DNA of 64,000 nt from Mobula hypostoma (Eukaryota), in assembly GCF_963921235.1 (NCBI RefSeq), contig NC_086097.1, positions 149,236,001 through 149,300,000 on the forward strand. Reading direction: 5' to 3'. Position 1 is the first letter of the stretch; each line of letters opens with the position of its first letter. Positions 38,601 through 50,495 of the stretch are shown one piece after another. Position numbers and translations under genes: made by a program. Below the pieces are notes generated by a model, which saw nothing but the letters and a program-made list of their open reading frames with translations, made no database searches and was not told the origin of the DNA.

Positions 38601-41600
38601 GAAATTTGGTGTGACTATTTCAATCCAAATAGTGGGAAAAATACTAAGTGAATTATTGTCAATAGGAAGTCCAAATATTTGTAATTTATTGCTACTTCTA
38701 CACTATAATGCTCACTGAATGATATGCATTATTATTAGCAAATTGTCTGTAACAAATTTGTAACATTTATTGTTTTCAGGGATGTCTTTCTACATAGACA
38801 ACATTTGCTGCAGTGTTGATGTATGATGGAGATAATAATGTTGAATAGGAAATGAAGATAGAGGGATTGGTGAGTATGGTGACAACTTAAACCACAGTTC
38901 TTAGGATCCATTCATGTGCATGTAAGTGCCCTTTCCTTTGTGATGCTCTGTGTTTTGAAGCTCTAGGTTCATTTTTTCTATGTATACCTGGTTTATAAGT
39001 TGATCAGCTTCTTTCTTTGTAATGTAATTCCTACTCTGCCGGTGTGTTCTCTTTTCTTGTTTAAAGCCTTTTGTCATTTAGCACACGCTTGGTAAAATAA
39101 AAGTTATTTTATCATTTCTAATTACTAGAAGTAGAATGGGTTACTTGACTTTGACAGAATATGATGTCTAGTATGAGTTAAAAATAAAGTACTAGAGACA
39201 TTTGGCAGATCAGGCAGCATTTGTGGTTGGGGAAACAGTTACTGGTTTAGGTTGAAGGTCCTGCTTCAGAACTTAAGCCTATCTCACCTTCCTTAGATGC
39301 TGTCTGGCCTGCTTTAAGTTTTACAGTTTTTCAATTTTTGTTTTAGTTTTCAATACTCAACATTTCAATGTTCACAATTTATTAAAAAAATTTAGTGTAG
39401 ATTTATCTTGCAGACCTCAGTTACTTTTCATTCTACTTTCACATAATCTGAGATCTGGAGATGCTGTGAAAACCATAATTGGTATATAAACACTATTTAG
39501 TAGCAGAAATAGCCCACACTACCTTAAAGACACTCAGTAGCCATTTTATTAGCTACACCTGTATACCTCTTTATTGCGAATATTTAATCAGCCGATCATG
39601 GCAGTACCTAATGTATAAAAGCAGAAGAGCATCTCTGAACACAACATGTCAAACCTCGAAGTGGATGGGTTACAACAGCAGAAGACCATGAATATGCGCT
39701 GAATGGCCACTGTATTTGGTATAGGGGCTGAGTGTATATTGAAGCACTTTGCTTCCATCTCTTTGGAAGGTTCCATGGAGTTCTGAGGCAAAACCTTTCA
39801 TCTCACCTTTCTTAAATGTGATTTTTTTTTGTTAAACAGTAATCCTTGACTTTAAATTCTCCTACAAGAGCATCCTCTCCATGGTCATCATGTTCAGACC
39901 CCTTAGGATCTTTTGTTTTAATTGAGGCCATTGTGCCTCCAGTTCTTAAAAGGCAAATATACCCTGTATTTCTTGATAATAAAATAAAAAAAATGAATTT
40001 GTTACATATATTCACAAATCCAAATAGATAACACTGGAAATACACAGGCTAGGCAGATCTAAGAAACACAGTTTGGGTCAGTGACCTTTCATTAACAATT
40101 TTTTTTCCTTTTTTTTTATCATTTATTCACCTTGTCACTAAATTACATAAGGGTTGGGGAAACACTTATTAGTTCTTGTTTTAGAGATAGCACAGCTACA
40201 GGTCCTTACAGCCCACTGAGCCCACACAGCGTAATTACACCAATGTGACCAATTAACCTACTAACCCATACCATTTTGGGAAGTGGGAGGAACCTGAAGC
40301 AGCCAGAGTAAATCCATGTGGTCAGAGGGAGAACATTCAAACTCCTTACGGACACCGACAGCAATTGAATCCAGGTTGCTGGCACCAGAAAGCATTACAC
40401 TAAACCACTGCACTACAGTGCTGGCCCCCCCCCCCCCCAGTTATATTTGACTGATGTGTGATGAAAGCTGTACTGTGGCCATCATGCAGCTTCTCAGCTG
40501 CAGGATATGGACCTGTGTGTGGGATAGGGACTCTCATATTTGTTTCTTCCCACATGTTAAAAAAGTCATGCTGGTGAGTTATTATCCCTTAGTGTACATT
40601 AGGGTAATGGGGAAAGAAGAATCAAAGGAGAGTTCTTGGATGTGTGTTGCAGAATAAGCTTGTAGGGGTACAAGGAAATTGGGAGAGGGGAAAGGTTCTG
40701 CTCATTTGGCATCTAGCATGGATCAAATAGACCAAATGCATTTCTGTGTAAATGCAGAAAATTAAATACTTTTGGTATAAGGATAAAGATTATTTGGAAA
40801 ATAGGTTTCTGAATGACTCAATATCATGAAATTGTCAAAGGAGCTATATTTTAAGAATACAATGTTTTATCATTGACTGGCAGTGGAAAGGAAGACACTT
40901 AGATGAAAGAAATTAAGACTAAAGTTAAGGAACGACAAGGAGGTAGAAAACATTAATCGGAGATGTAAAAAGGGCCTCAGACAGTAAATGGGTACGTAAT
41001 AGAAATCAGAAAGTAAATAGTCTAAGTCACAAAGGTAGTTGCGTAATGGGGGTGAGGTGTGGGAGAGGGAGTTAATCTACATGTAGAATTGCCAATTCAA
41101 GTGATCAGTAATAATATGGAGGATGAATTCATTGAGTGTATAAGATGTGTCCTAAATCGGAAAACTGGGGAACCAAAGAGGGAGGAGGTTATTTTGGATG
41201 TATTATTATGTAGTTGAAAGTTAATTGATGATTTCGTGGTTAAGGAGGCTTCCAGATTTAATTAGCGCAGTGTGATATATAATAGTCAAAGGTGATTTAA
41301 TTCAGTTTAAAACCAGGGTCTTAAATCTGATTCAGCAATTCATGAGAGCATGAGTTGCCTGCTGTAGCTTGAAAGCTTCCTTAAAGAATATGGCGGCAAG
41401 TAAACAACAGCCAACATTAACTGTATTAAATTGTAGCTTACAATTCATAAGACAGTACCCAAAAGAGGAAAATGGGCCTGCTTCTCCTATCCAGAATTTA
41501 AAAAAACAGCATTAGGTCATGGGCTGTACAATCTTGCTGAAAAGCAGTAAGGCTGAAGACTGGGAAAATGTCAGACTTCAGCAAAGGACCAAGTGCTGGG

Positions 41601-43047
41601 CAATGGAATTAATCTCGAAGGGCACCCGGTGGTCATTGTGGATTAGTTGGGCCAAATGCCTGTTTCCATGACAGATGATTCTATGAGACAAACAGATTGC
41701 TGAGGGAAGGGAAAATAGAATACAGTATTTGTTTATTGAGAAGCGTTAAAACAGAATGTTGGAATTTCCACAGTTATATAAAACGAGACAAGTTGTGGGT
41801 TGCTTATAGACTAAAACAGAAATTATATTGGTGAAAGAAAATCGTAAATTAAACAAATATCTTGTAAAGAACTACATAATAGGCTCAAAGAAGATAACCT
41901 TTAGTTTAAAAATAGCATTGGAGATATTAACAATCTATGTGGAATATTACAATCCATTATTAAATCAAAACATACTCATAACGTCCAAGACTCATTTTTG
42001 CATCAACTCAGAAGTGCTACTTGTTGAACTACTGTAAACTTCATATGAGTACTCCAAACTATATTTTGATGTTTACTCAATTGTGACATGGGAGAGATGT
42101 GCAGGTGATGAAAAAAACGCTTAAACCCGTCAAAAGAAATGCTGGTAAATGTAGAACAAATGATAATCTAGGAAATAAACGAGCACAGATGCTGGAATCT
42201 GGAGCAACAGGATCCTAATGTAGGGTTTCCACTTAGATGTCAACATTTCTGCATCTCCTCACCAGTTTAAAAAAAACAGTTGCATCTCATCCTGCTGAGT
42301 TCCTCCAGCAGATTGTTTAAGGCAGAGGTTCCCAACCTTTTTTATGCCATGGGCGCCTACTGTTAACACATGTCCATAGATCCCAGGTGGGGAACAAACT
42401 TTAAGGGGAGTATGATGATGATGGCCACAAAATGTCTCAACGTTGCACATGTTCCAGTTGGACAGCCAAGATTTTTAATGTACAGGTATAACCAAGCTGG
42501 GTAGAGAACTAATCCCAGGAATAAATATAGCAGTATTATCAGGAGAAAAGGAGATATGAAGGAATGTTGTACAGTGAGGACATTTGATACAGTACCACAG
42601 AGATGTTAGGAGAAATTACGTCATGTGAGGTGGCAAGCTCAAGTGAGTTTCTCTGAACAAGGGTTAGAATGCATATATTGCCTAGAAATTCATCCTTGAA
42701 ATTTATTTTAAATGGCAGCAATACCACATTGTATCCTTACGTAGTTGGGCCCTTAGCTCCCAGTGGCACATTGGCTATCATTGGCTTCCTGTTTCCATCA
42801 TCATCTGAAGTCAGTGGTATGGTTGGAGTTCATCAATGATTCTGCAAAACATTGCATTCACTGTACAGGGGATTGGCCTGTGCAGCTTCACCAGACTTGC
42901 CTGTTTCCACCTCTCATGACTGGCACATAGGTTGGACTTTGAGAGGTATATTGTACTCTATTCTTAGCTTAATTCTATCAGTTTTAACGTATTTTGGAGA
43001 TGTACACTCTTGTTTAGCACTCTGAACCAGGGATGAATTTCTATGTA

Positions 43048-44538
43048 CAGGTTTCCCCCGCCATCCGAAGGTAGAGTGTTCCTATGAAACGGTTCGTAAG
43101 CCGAAATGTCGTAAAGCGAAGAAGCAATTACCATTTATTTATATGAGAAAATTTTGTGAGCGTTCACAGACCCAAAAATGACCTACCAAATCATGCCAAA
43201 TAACACAAAACCTAAAATAACAGTAACATATAGTAAAAGCAGGAATGATATGATAAATACACAGCCTATATAAAGTAGAAATACTTCTCTACAACGATTG
43301 CCTGCACAGATCTCCGTAGCGAAAATCTCACGCAAGCGCTGTTGGCATAAATGCGCTCTCCAGTAACCTTTAAACTATGAAGCTGCCAAATCTACCAAAT
43401 AACACGTAAAAATACACAGCCGATATAAAGTAAAAATAATGTATGTACAGTGTAGTATCACTTACCGGAATTGGGAAAACAGCACCGAGCATATTGATGA
43501 TGGTGTGTTAGACTGAGTCGTCGCAGGCTGGGTGGTGCAGTGGCCCCCACCCTCTGGGCTGCTGACCCGATACATTGCCGCGAAGAACGCAGCGGTAGCT
43601 GGGAGGCACACAGCACATCGTTAAGAAAAAAGCCAAAATAAACATGCTAATTAATTACGTGCTAGGCGGCACCTAATTAATTAGCATGTTTATTTCCGCT
43701 TTTTTCTTAAAGATGTGCTGTGTGCCTCCCGGCTACCGCTGCGTTCTTCGCGAATCGGTACAGTATCTGTCCGGGGCCCGGGTGTTGGGGTGGTGGGACA
43801 CGGGGGTGTCATCTCATCGTCTGTTTCCATTAGAGCAGATGGCTCATCTTCTCCTATGACTGCCCGCCTCGATGTCGAAGGTCGAGGTTCGTCGTCAGCT
43901 GTGGCTGATGTGGAAGGCTTGCTTGACTGCTGAGCCTCGCGCATTTTTCTATCATACAGTTGTTTGTAAAAACTCAAACCGTCCTGCAAATATCCCCTAA
44001 ACCTACATACCCTTTCAAAATTAAAGTCGTACTTTATCATTGCAGCGAAAATCTCACGCAGTTGCTTCACTTTCTGCATTCGGTTTCGATTGTTATCCTT
44101 CCCTCTTCCAATTGCATCAGCTCTTCATCTGTCAGTTCTTGGTCATGGGATGCCAAAACCTCTTCAACATCATCTTCGTCACCTTCCACAAGCCAAACTC
44201 ACTTTGTCCTTGCTTCGTTCACCACAATCGAAACGCTTAATTATGTCCAGTTTTACGCTAAGTGTAACACTCTTACTCTTCCAGGCTTTTCCGACACCTT
44301 AGAACTCACCTTGCTAATGGCTGCTCAATGCAACGTGTTTAAGCTATGCTATTCCGAATCCGGGGCAGAGCGGCTGCTCGAGGCGTGCGCTGCCTTTTAT
44401 CCCGCGCTAATTTTTTCGTGCGCTGCCTTTCTTCATAACAGTGAAAACACCTTCTGAAAGCGAAACAGGGTACTAATGTAGGTCTTTCGTAACAGTGAGT
44501 TTTCGTAAAGCGAATGTTCGAAAAGCAGGGGACACCTT
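43048..44538 (-). mobile_element. Internally deleted pogo/Tigger-like DNA transposon
   Basis: TA|CAGGTTTCCCCCGCCATCCGAA…TTCGAAAAGCAGGGGACACCTT|TA. Minus-strand remnants KSVTLSVKLDIIKRFD (psq-HTH) joined to the acidic C-terminus EDDVEEVLASHDQELTDEELMQLEE…YKQLYDRK; no DDE core seen. Confidence 0.85.
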
Positions 44539-45804
44539 TATATAACTTTTTGAAACAGATGAATGGTTCTTGGTCTTCTATTAAAATCAAGGATGAGATG
44601 GATATTTCTGACTCATCAATTTGCAGCGCTTGGGTCAGTCAGGACAGTGATATGTGGAAGGTGTCCAGACATGCTCGAAAGTTGCACTTGCATCGCCCTC
44701 CTCTTCCCCTACCAGTTTATTCTTATCTTCATGAGATATGACATTGCCAGTTTTTGAGGGCAGCAGGTAATGATCAGAAAATAATCAGAACACATTTCAA
44801 CAAATAAGGGTGAAGGCCCTAAATAATTTTCTGCTTGGGTGTCACGAATTCCCCCCCCCCCCGAGTTATGTGATTGGATACTAGTACTACACAAGGCAAA
44901 ACATTTAACATGGCAAAAAAAATTTAACTCCACGTTTAGTCACCTGTTTCTTGATGTCTCTTTCATCATTTTCTTAGTTTGATACAAATATTTTCCCTGC
45001 CAATGTTTTATCACACTCAGAATGGATTGACTGGATGTAAATAAAAATGTTCAGTTATTAGAAGATTAATTTTAGCAAAGCATTTGCCAGGTAGTGCATG
45101 GCCTGTTTTATTGTCTGTTTCCTAAGAATTGCCTTAATTTTGCTGAAAGTTCAAATGTGTTGCATATTGGCAATGTGCCATTTATAGAACCTTCAATACT
45201 TATTTAATTAAATAACAGAATAAGTAAGATTGACAAAATAAATTGCTGTAACAATTATCAAATCAGTGCAGAAGATTTGTGGTTAGAGAATAATGTGGAA
45301 TTGTATTTGCAATAAAGTCTGACCATTGCAATTTCTTTGTTCAATTTTCATCATGCTTCATCCTTTGATTATGTGTCAACCTGTGGACTGAGTTCCATCT
45401 CCAACTGTTCCCCCCCCCCCCATAAATAATACCCACACCTTATCATCCTGTTCTCATTCTGCCTTCTCCCCTTTCTGCTTCTTCTCTAGGCTCTTCCTCT
45501 TTGTGCTCCTACTTTTGCCCCCATCCCACTTCATTCCATTCACTTCTTTCAGTATTTTGCATAGCATGGAATAATTGACCGTTCTAGAAAACACAACTTG
45601 CTTGGCTTGGTGTATAATTCCCTTCCTTTTTCTACCAGGAATTCAAGCCATTCTAACCTATTTTATATTTAGCTTAGGATCTCCATGAGCTGTTCATGGG
45701 TTCTTGCTCTCAAGGAAAAAAGTAAACTTACCTAAATGCTTAATGATAATTTGTTTTTCCATAGGCAATAGAAAGGGGTAATTGATTAGAGGAGAGAGAT
45801 AAGG

Positions 45805-45887
45805 ATGAGCAAAATTCCTCCAAATCGCCCAGGAATTGTGTTTGCAGTGGGGGCCCGTTTGGAGGCCCAAGATTATCTGCAGAAATG
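45805..45887 (+). CDS. PHF20L1: PHD finger protein 20-like 1, first coding exon (exon begins at 45765)
   Basis: Acceptor tttttccatag ending at 45764, ATG in aggATGa context, donor TG|gtatgt. Translates [28 protein letters not shown], like PHF20L1 (…PPNRPGI.F..GARLEA.DYLQKW) rather than PHF20 (…DRLKNW). Confidence 0.92.
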
Positions 45888-45894
45888 GTATGTA

Positions 45895-46430
45895 TGTTCT
45901 CTTATTGTCAACAGTTTTGGGCTTCATACCTCAGAAAGGGCATGTTGTCATTTGTGAGAGAGTTCAGAGGAGGTTCATGAGGATAATTCCAGAATGAAGG
46001 GGTTAACATATGAGGAGCGCTTGGCAGCTTTGGGCCTGTACTCACTGGAATTTAGAAGAATGTGGGGGGATCTCATGGAAACCTAACGAATGTTGAAAGG
46101 ACTAGATAGGGTGGATGTGGAGAGGATGTTTCCTATGATGGGGGTATCCAGAACTAGAGGGCACAGTCTCAAAATTGAGGGGGTAACCTTTTAGAACATA
46201 GGTAAGGATTTTTTTTTAGCCAGAGAGTGGTGAATCTGGAATACTCTGTCACAGACTACAGTGGAGGCCAAGTCTATGGGTATATTTAAGGTGGAAGTTG
46301 ATAGTTTCTGAAGATATGGAGAGAAGGCCAGTATACGGGGTTGAGTGGGATCCGGGATCAGCCATGACAGAATGGCGAAGCAGACTTGGTGGACAGAATG
46401 GCTTAGTTCTGCTCCTATGTCTTATGGTCT
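45895..46430 (+). mobile_element. CR1 LINE 3' end
   Basis: RVQRRFMRIIP…YEERLAALGLYSLEFRRM.GDLMET…SQRVVNL and 3'UTR ending cctatgtcttatggtctta. Confidence 0.85.
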
Positions 46431-47089
46431 TATTTTTCCATTTGTGAATAAACGTGATTTTTCTCTGTTTCATCCAACTTTATCCATGATAGTAAAAATA
46501 AACTTCACTCATATCTGTGAAGCTTGATTTGATAGTCTTAATTCAGATGTAAAGATCCTTTAAGCTAGTGCCAATTAACAATGGATGCTTTCATAGAACT
46601 TTACTAAATGATCAAGAGGAAAAAAAGACAATAGAATGATGGTTCTCATGAAAGGAAAATAGTATTATGCTGCATCATGAGTACTACATCAGAAATTGGC
46701 ACAAGGAATCCAAAATGAATACTCCATTAAAAGTGCTCCTCGGATGGATCAGTAGGCAATGGTTAAGACCACTTCTGCTAGGCCTGCATATGCACAGGCA
46801 TGCAATGTGTATGGTAGTGGGATAAGCATAAAGACTCTTGTTGTTTTGCTATATCAACGATTTGGATATGAATGTACGAGGCATGTTTAATAAGCTTGCT
46901 GATGACATAAAAGTTGGTGGTGTTTGGGGTAGGGAACTTGGTCAAAGGTAGAATATAGGTCAAGTGAAAAGTTGGGTTGGAGCATTAACAGATGGAATTT
47001 AATCCGAACGAATGCAAGGTGATGCATTTTGAGAATCCAGGTAAGAGTAGGTCAGGTATAATAAATGGCAGAATATTAAAGAATACAAC

Positions 47090-50000
47090 ATAAGACTTTT
47101 GAGTCATTGAATCTGCTCCAGCATTCAATCGTTGCAGATTTATTATTCCCTCTCAACCCTGTTCTCCTGCCTTTTCCCTGTAGCCCTATTAATTATGAAA
47201 CTTATAAAAACATAGAAAATAGGTGCAAGAGTAGGCCATTCGGCCCTTCGAGCCTGCACTGCCATTCAGTACGATCGTGGCTGATCATCGAACTCAGAAC
47301 CCTATACCTATCTTCTCTCCATACCCCCTGATCCCTTTAGCCTCAAGGGCCTTATTGAACTCCCTCTTAAATATAGCCAATGAACTGGCCTCAACTGTTT
47401 CCTGTGGCAGAGAATTCCACAGATTCACCACTCTCTGTGTGAAGTAGTTTTTCCTCATCTTGGTCCTAAAAGGCTTCCCCTTTATCCTCAAACGGTGACC
47501 CCTCGTTCTGGACTTCCCCGACATCGGGAACAATCTTCCTGCATCTAGCCTGTCTAATCCCTTTAGAATTTTATACGTTTCAATCAGATCCCCCCTCAAT
47601 CTTCTAAATTCCAGAGAGTATAAGCCTAGTCGATCCAGCCTTTCATCATATGAAAGTCCTGCCATGCCAGGAATCAATCTGGTGAACCTTCTTTGTACCC
47701 CCTCTATGGCAAGAATGTCTTTCCTCAGATTAGGCGACCAAAACTGCACACAATACTCCAGGTGTGGTCTTACCAAGGCCTTGTACAACTGCAGTAGTAC
47801 CTCCCTGCTCCTGTACTCGAATCCTCTTGCTATGAATGCCAGCATACCATTTGCCTTTTTCGCCGCCTGCTGTACCTGCATGCCCACTTTCAATGACTGG
47901 TGTACAATGACACCCAGCTCTCGTTACACCTCCCCTTTTCCTAATCGGCCACCATTCAGATAATAATCTGTTTTCCTGTTCTTGCCACCAAAGTGGATAG
48001 CCTCACATTTATCCACATTAAATTGCATCTGCCATAAATTTGCCACTCACCTAACCTATCCAAGTCACCCTGCATCCTCTTAGCATCCTCCTCACAGCTA
48101 ACACTGCCACCCAGCTCCGTGTCATCCGCAAACTTGGAGATGCTGCATTTAATTCCCTCCTCTAAGTCATTAATATATATTGTAAACAACTGGGGTCCCA
48201 GCACTGAGCCTTGCGGTACCCAACTAGTCATTGCCTGCCATTCTGAAAAGGTCCCGTTTATTCCCACTCTTTGCTTCCTGTCTGCCAACCAATTCTCTAT
48301 CCACGTCAATACCATACCCCCAATACTGTGTGCTTTAAGTTTGCACACTAATCTCCTGAGTGGGACCTTGTCAAAAGCTTTTTGAAAATCCAAATATACC
48401 ACATCCACTGGTTCTCCCCAGAGTTATTAAACTCTGCTTTAAATATACCTAATGATTTGGCCTTCACGGCAATGAATTCCACAGACTCACTTTTCTCTGA
48501 CTTAAAGAAATTCCTCCTCATCTCTGTTCTAAAGGGAAATCGTTTTATTCAGAGGCTGTGCCTTCTGGTCTGAGACTCTCGCAGTGCTCGAAACAGCCTC
48601 TGCATGTGCATTCTATCCAGATCTTTGAATGTTCAGAAAGTTTCGGTGAGATCCTTCTCATCCTTCTAAACTCCAGAGAGCCTTCAAACACTCCTAATGC
48701 ATTAACTCTTGCATCTTAAGATTATAGTTGTAATCCTCTTCTGGACACTCTCCAATGCCCTCCCTTGATACCAGAACTTCTCTCGATACTTTTGTGGTCT
48801 GACCTGTGGTTTTAAAGACTCAGAAAATAATCTACGCCTTCATTCCTTCTACTGAAGAGAGTGACCATGCACTTCCCATCTGTCACGCTCTGTCCATTGT
48901 CCCAAAATGTTTAAGTCCTTCTGTAGACTCCCTGCTTCCTCAACATTACCTGCCCTTCCAGCTATCTTTATATCATATGCAAACTTGGCTGTAAATCCAA
49001 TACTGCCATCCATGTCATAACACTTGAAAGGAAACTCACACAGGCTACTGGGGACCACCACTAGTCACTGGCAGCCAACCAGCGAAGAACCCCTCCCCCT
49101 TATTCCCACACTGCCTTTTGCCAGTCAGTTGATCTGCTGTCCATTCGAGTACTTTTCCTGTAATACCATGGACTTCTATCTTGTTTTGCAAGTTCATGTG
49201 CAACACTTTAAATGCCTTCTAAAATCTTAGTAAACAAATCTGTTGATTGTCTATTCTGATTGTTACTTCCTCAAAGAATTCTAACTGACCTGTCAGGCAA
49301 AATCTCCCCTTGAGGAATCCATGCTGACTTTGGCCTATTTTATTCTGTGATTCCTGTACCTCAAAACCTTATCCTTAAAAATGGACTTTAAAATCCATTG
49401 AAATCAGCCTAATTGGCCTATAATTTCCTGTCTTTTGTCTCCCTCCTTTCTTAGTGGAGTGACTTTTTTTTTGCATCTTTCCAGTCCTCTGGAACCATTG
49501 TAGAATCAGCTGATTGTTGAAAGATCACTACTAATGCCTCCACAATCTTGTCAACAAACCTGGGTTATAGTTTGTCATGTCCAGGTGACTTACTCATTTT
49601 CAGACCTTTCAGCTTCCTAAGCACCTTCGCCGTAGTAATAGCGACCACACTCGCTTCTGCCTCCCAACCGTCAGGAATCTGGCAAGTTGCTGCTATCTTC
49701 TATAATGAAGATTGACACAAAATACTTATTCACATTGTCTGCGATTTACTTGTTCCTATTGCTGCTTCCATTGGTTCCACTCATGCCTCTGTTGTACTAT
49801 ATGTATCTGGAAAATCCTTTGTTATCCTCTTCTGTATTATTAGCTAGCTTACGTTCATAATTAATCTCTTCTCCCCTTATTGCTTTTTTAATTGCCTTCT
49901 GTTGGTTTTTTACAAACTTCTCTATTCTTTAATTTCTCACTACCTTTTGCAATATTGTATACCCTTTGCTTTGCTTTTGTGCTGCCTTTGACTTCCCTTG

Positions 50001-50495
50001 TCAGCCATGGTTGTGTAATCCTTCCTTTAGAGTGCTTAATTGTGATTAAATGATCCTGTGTTTTCGAAATTGCTTTCAGAAGCTCCTGCCATTGCTGCTC
50101 TACCATTATTTCTGCTAATATCTCTGTCTAATCAGTGTGGGGCAGCTGCTCTCTATAGTTACCTTTGCCTTTGTAGTTAACTTTGCTCAACTGTGTTACT
50201 GATATATCTGATTTTTAGTTTCTCCCCCTCAAAATGTAGAGTGATTTCTATCATAATATGAGCAGTGTCTCCTAAGAATTCCTTTGTCTTAAGCTTCACA
50301 ATCAAATCTGGTTTATTGCACAACATGAAGCACAGAATTGCCTTTTCCTTCATGCGCTCAACCTAAAAAGCTGACTTAAGCACTCTACAAATTCCGTATT
50401 TTGGGATCCAGCACCAAATTAATTTTCCCGGTCTACCAACATATTGCTGTCTCCTATGGCTACCATAACATTGCCTTTTTTAATCTCCAGTTGTA
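47090..50495 (-). mobile_element. Older CR1 LINE, host of the 47204-48418 copy
   Basis: CR1 3'UTR at 47090-47200, resuming at about 48420 and running through RT and tether (QPWLTREVK) toward the endonuclease. Confidence 0.8.
47204..48418 (-). mobile_element. Young 5'-truncated CR1 (same subfamily as 13401-14585), inserted in an older CR1
   Basis: ORFs 47956-48408 and 47294-47893 are near-identical to those at 13489-14579. Confidence 0.93.

Noticed and set aside
42323..42398. hAT/Charlie mini-element with an 8-bp TSD (gtttaagg/ctttaagg)
   Set aside because: The right terminus is too degenerate to support a call.
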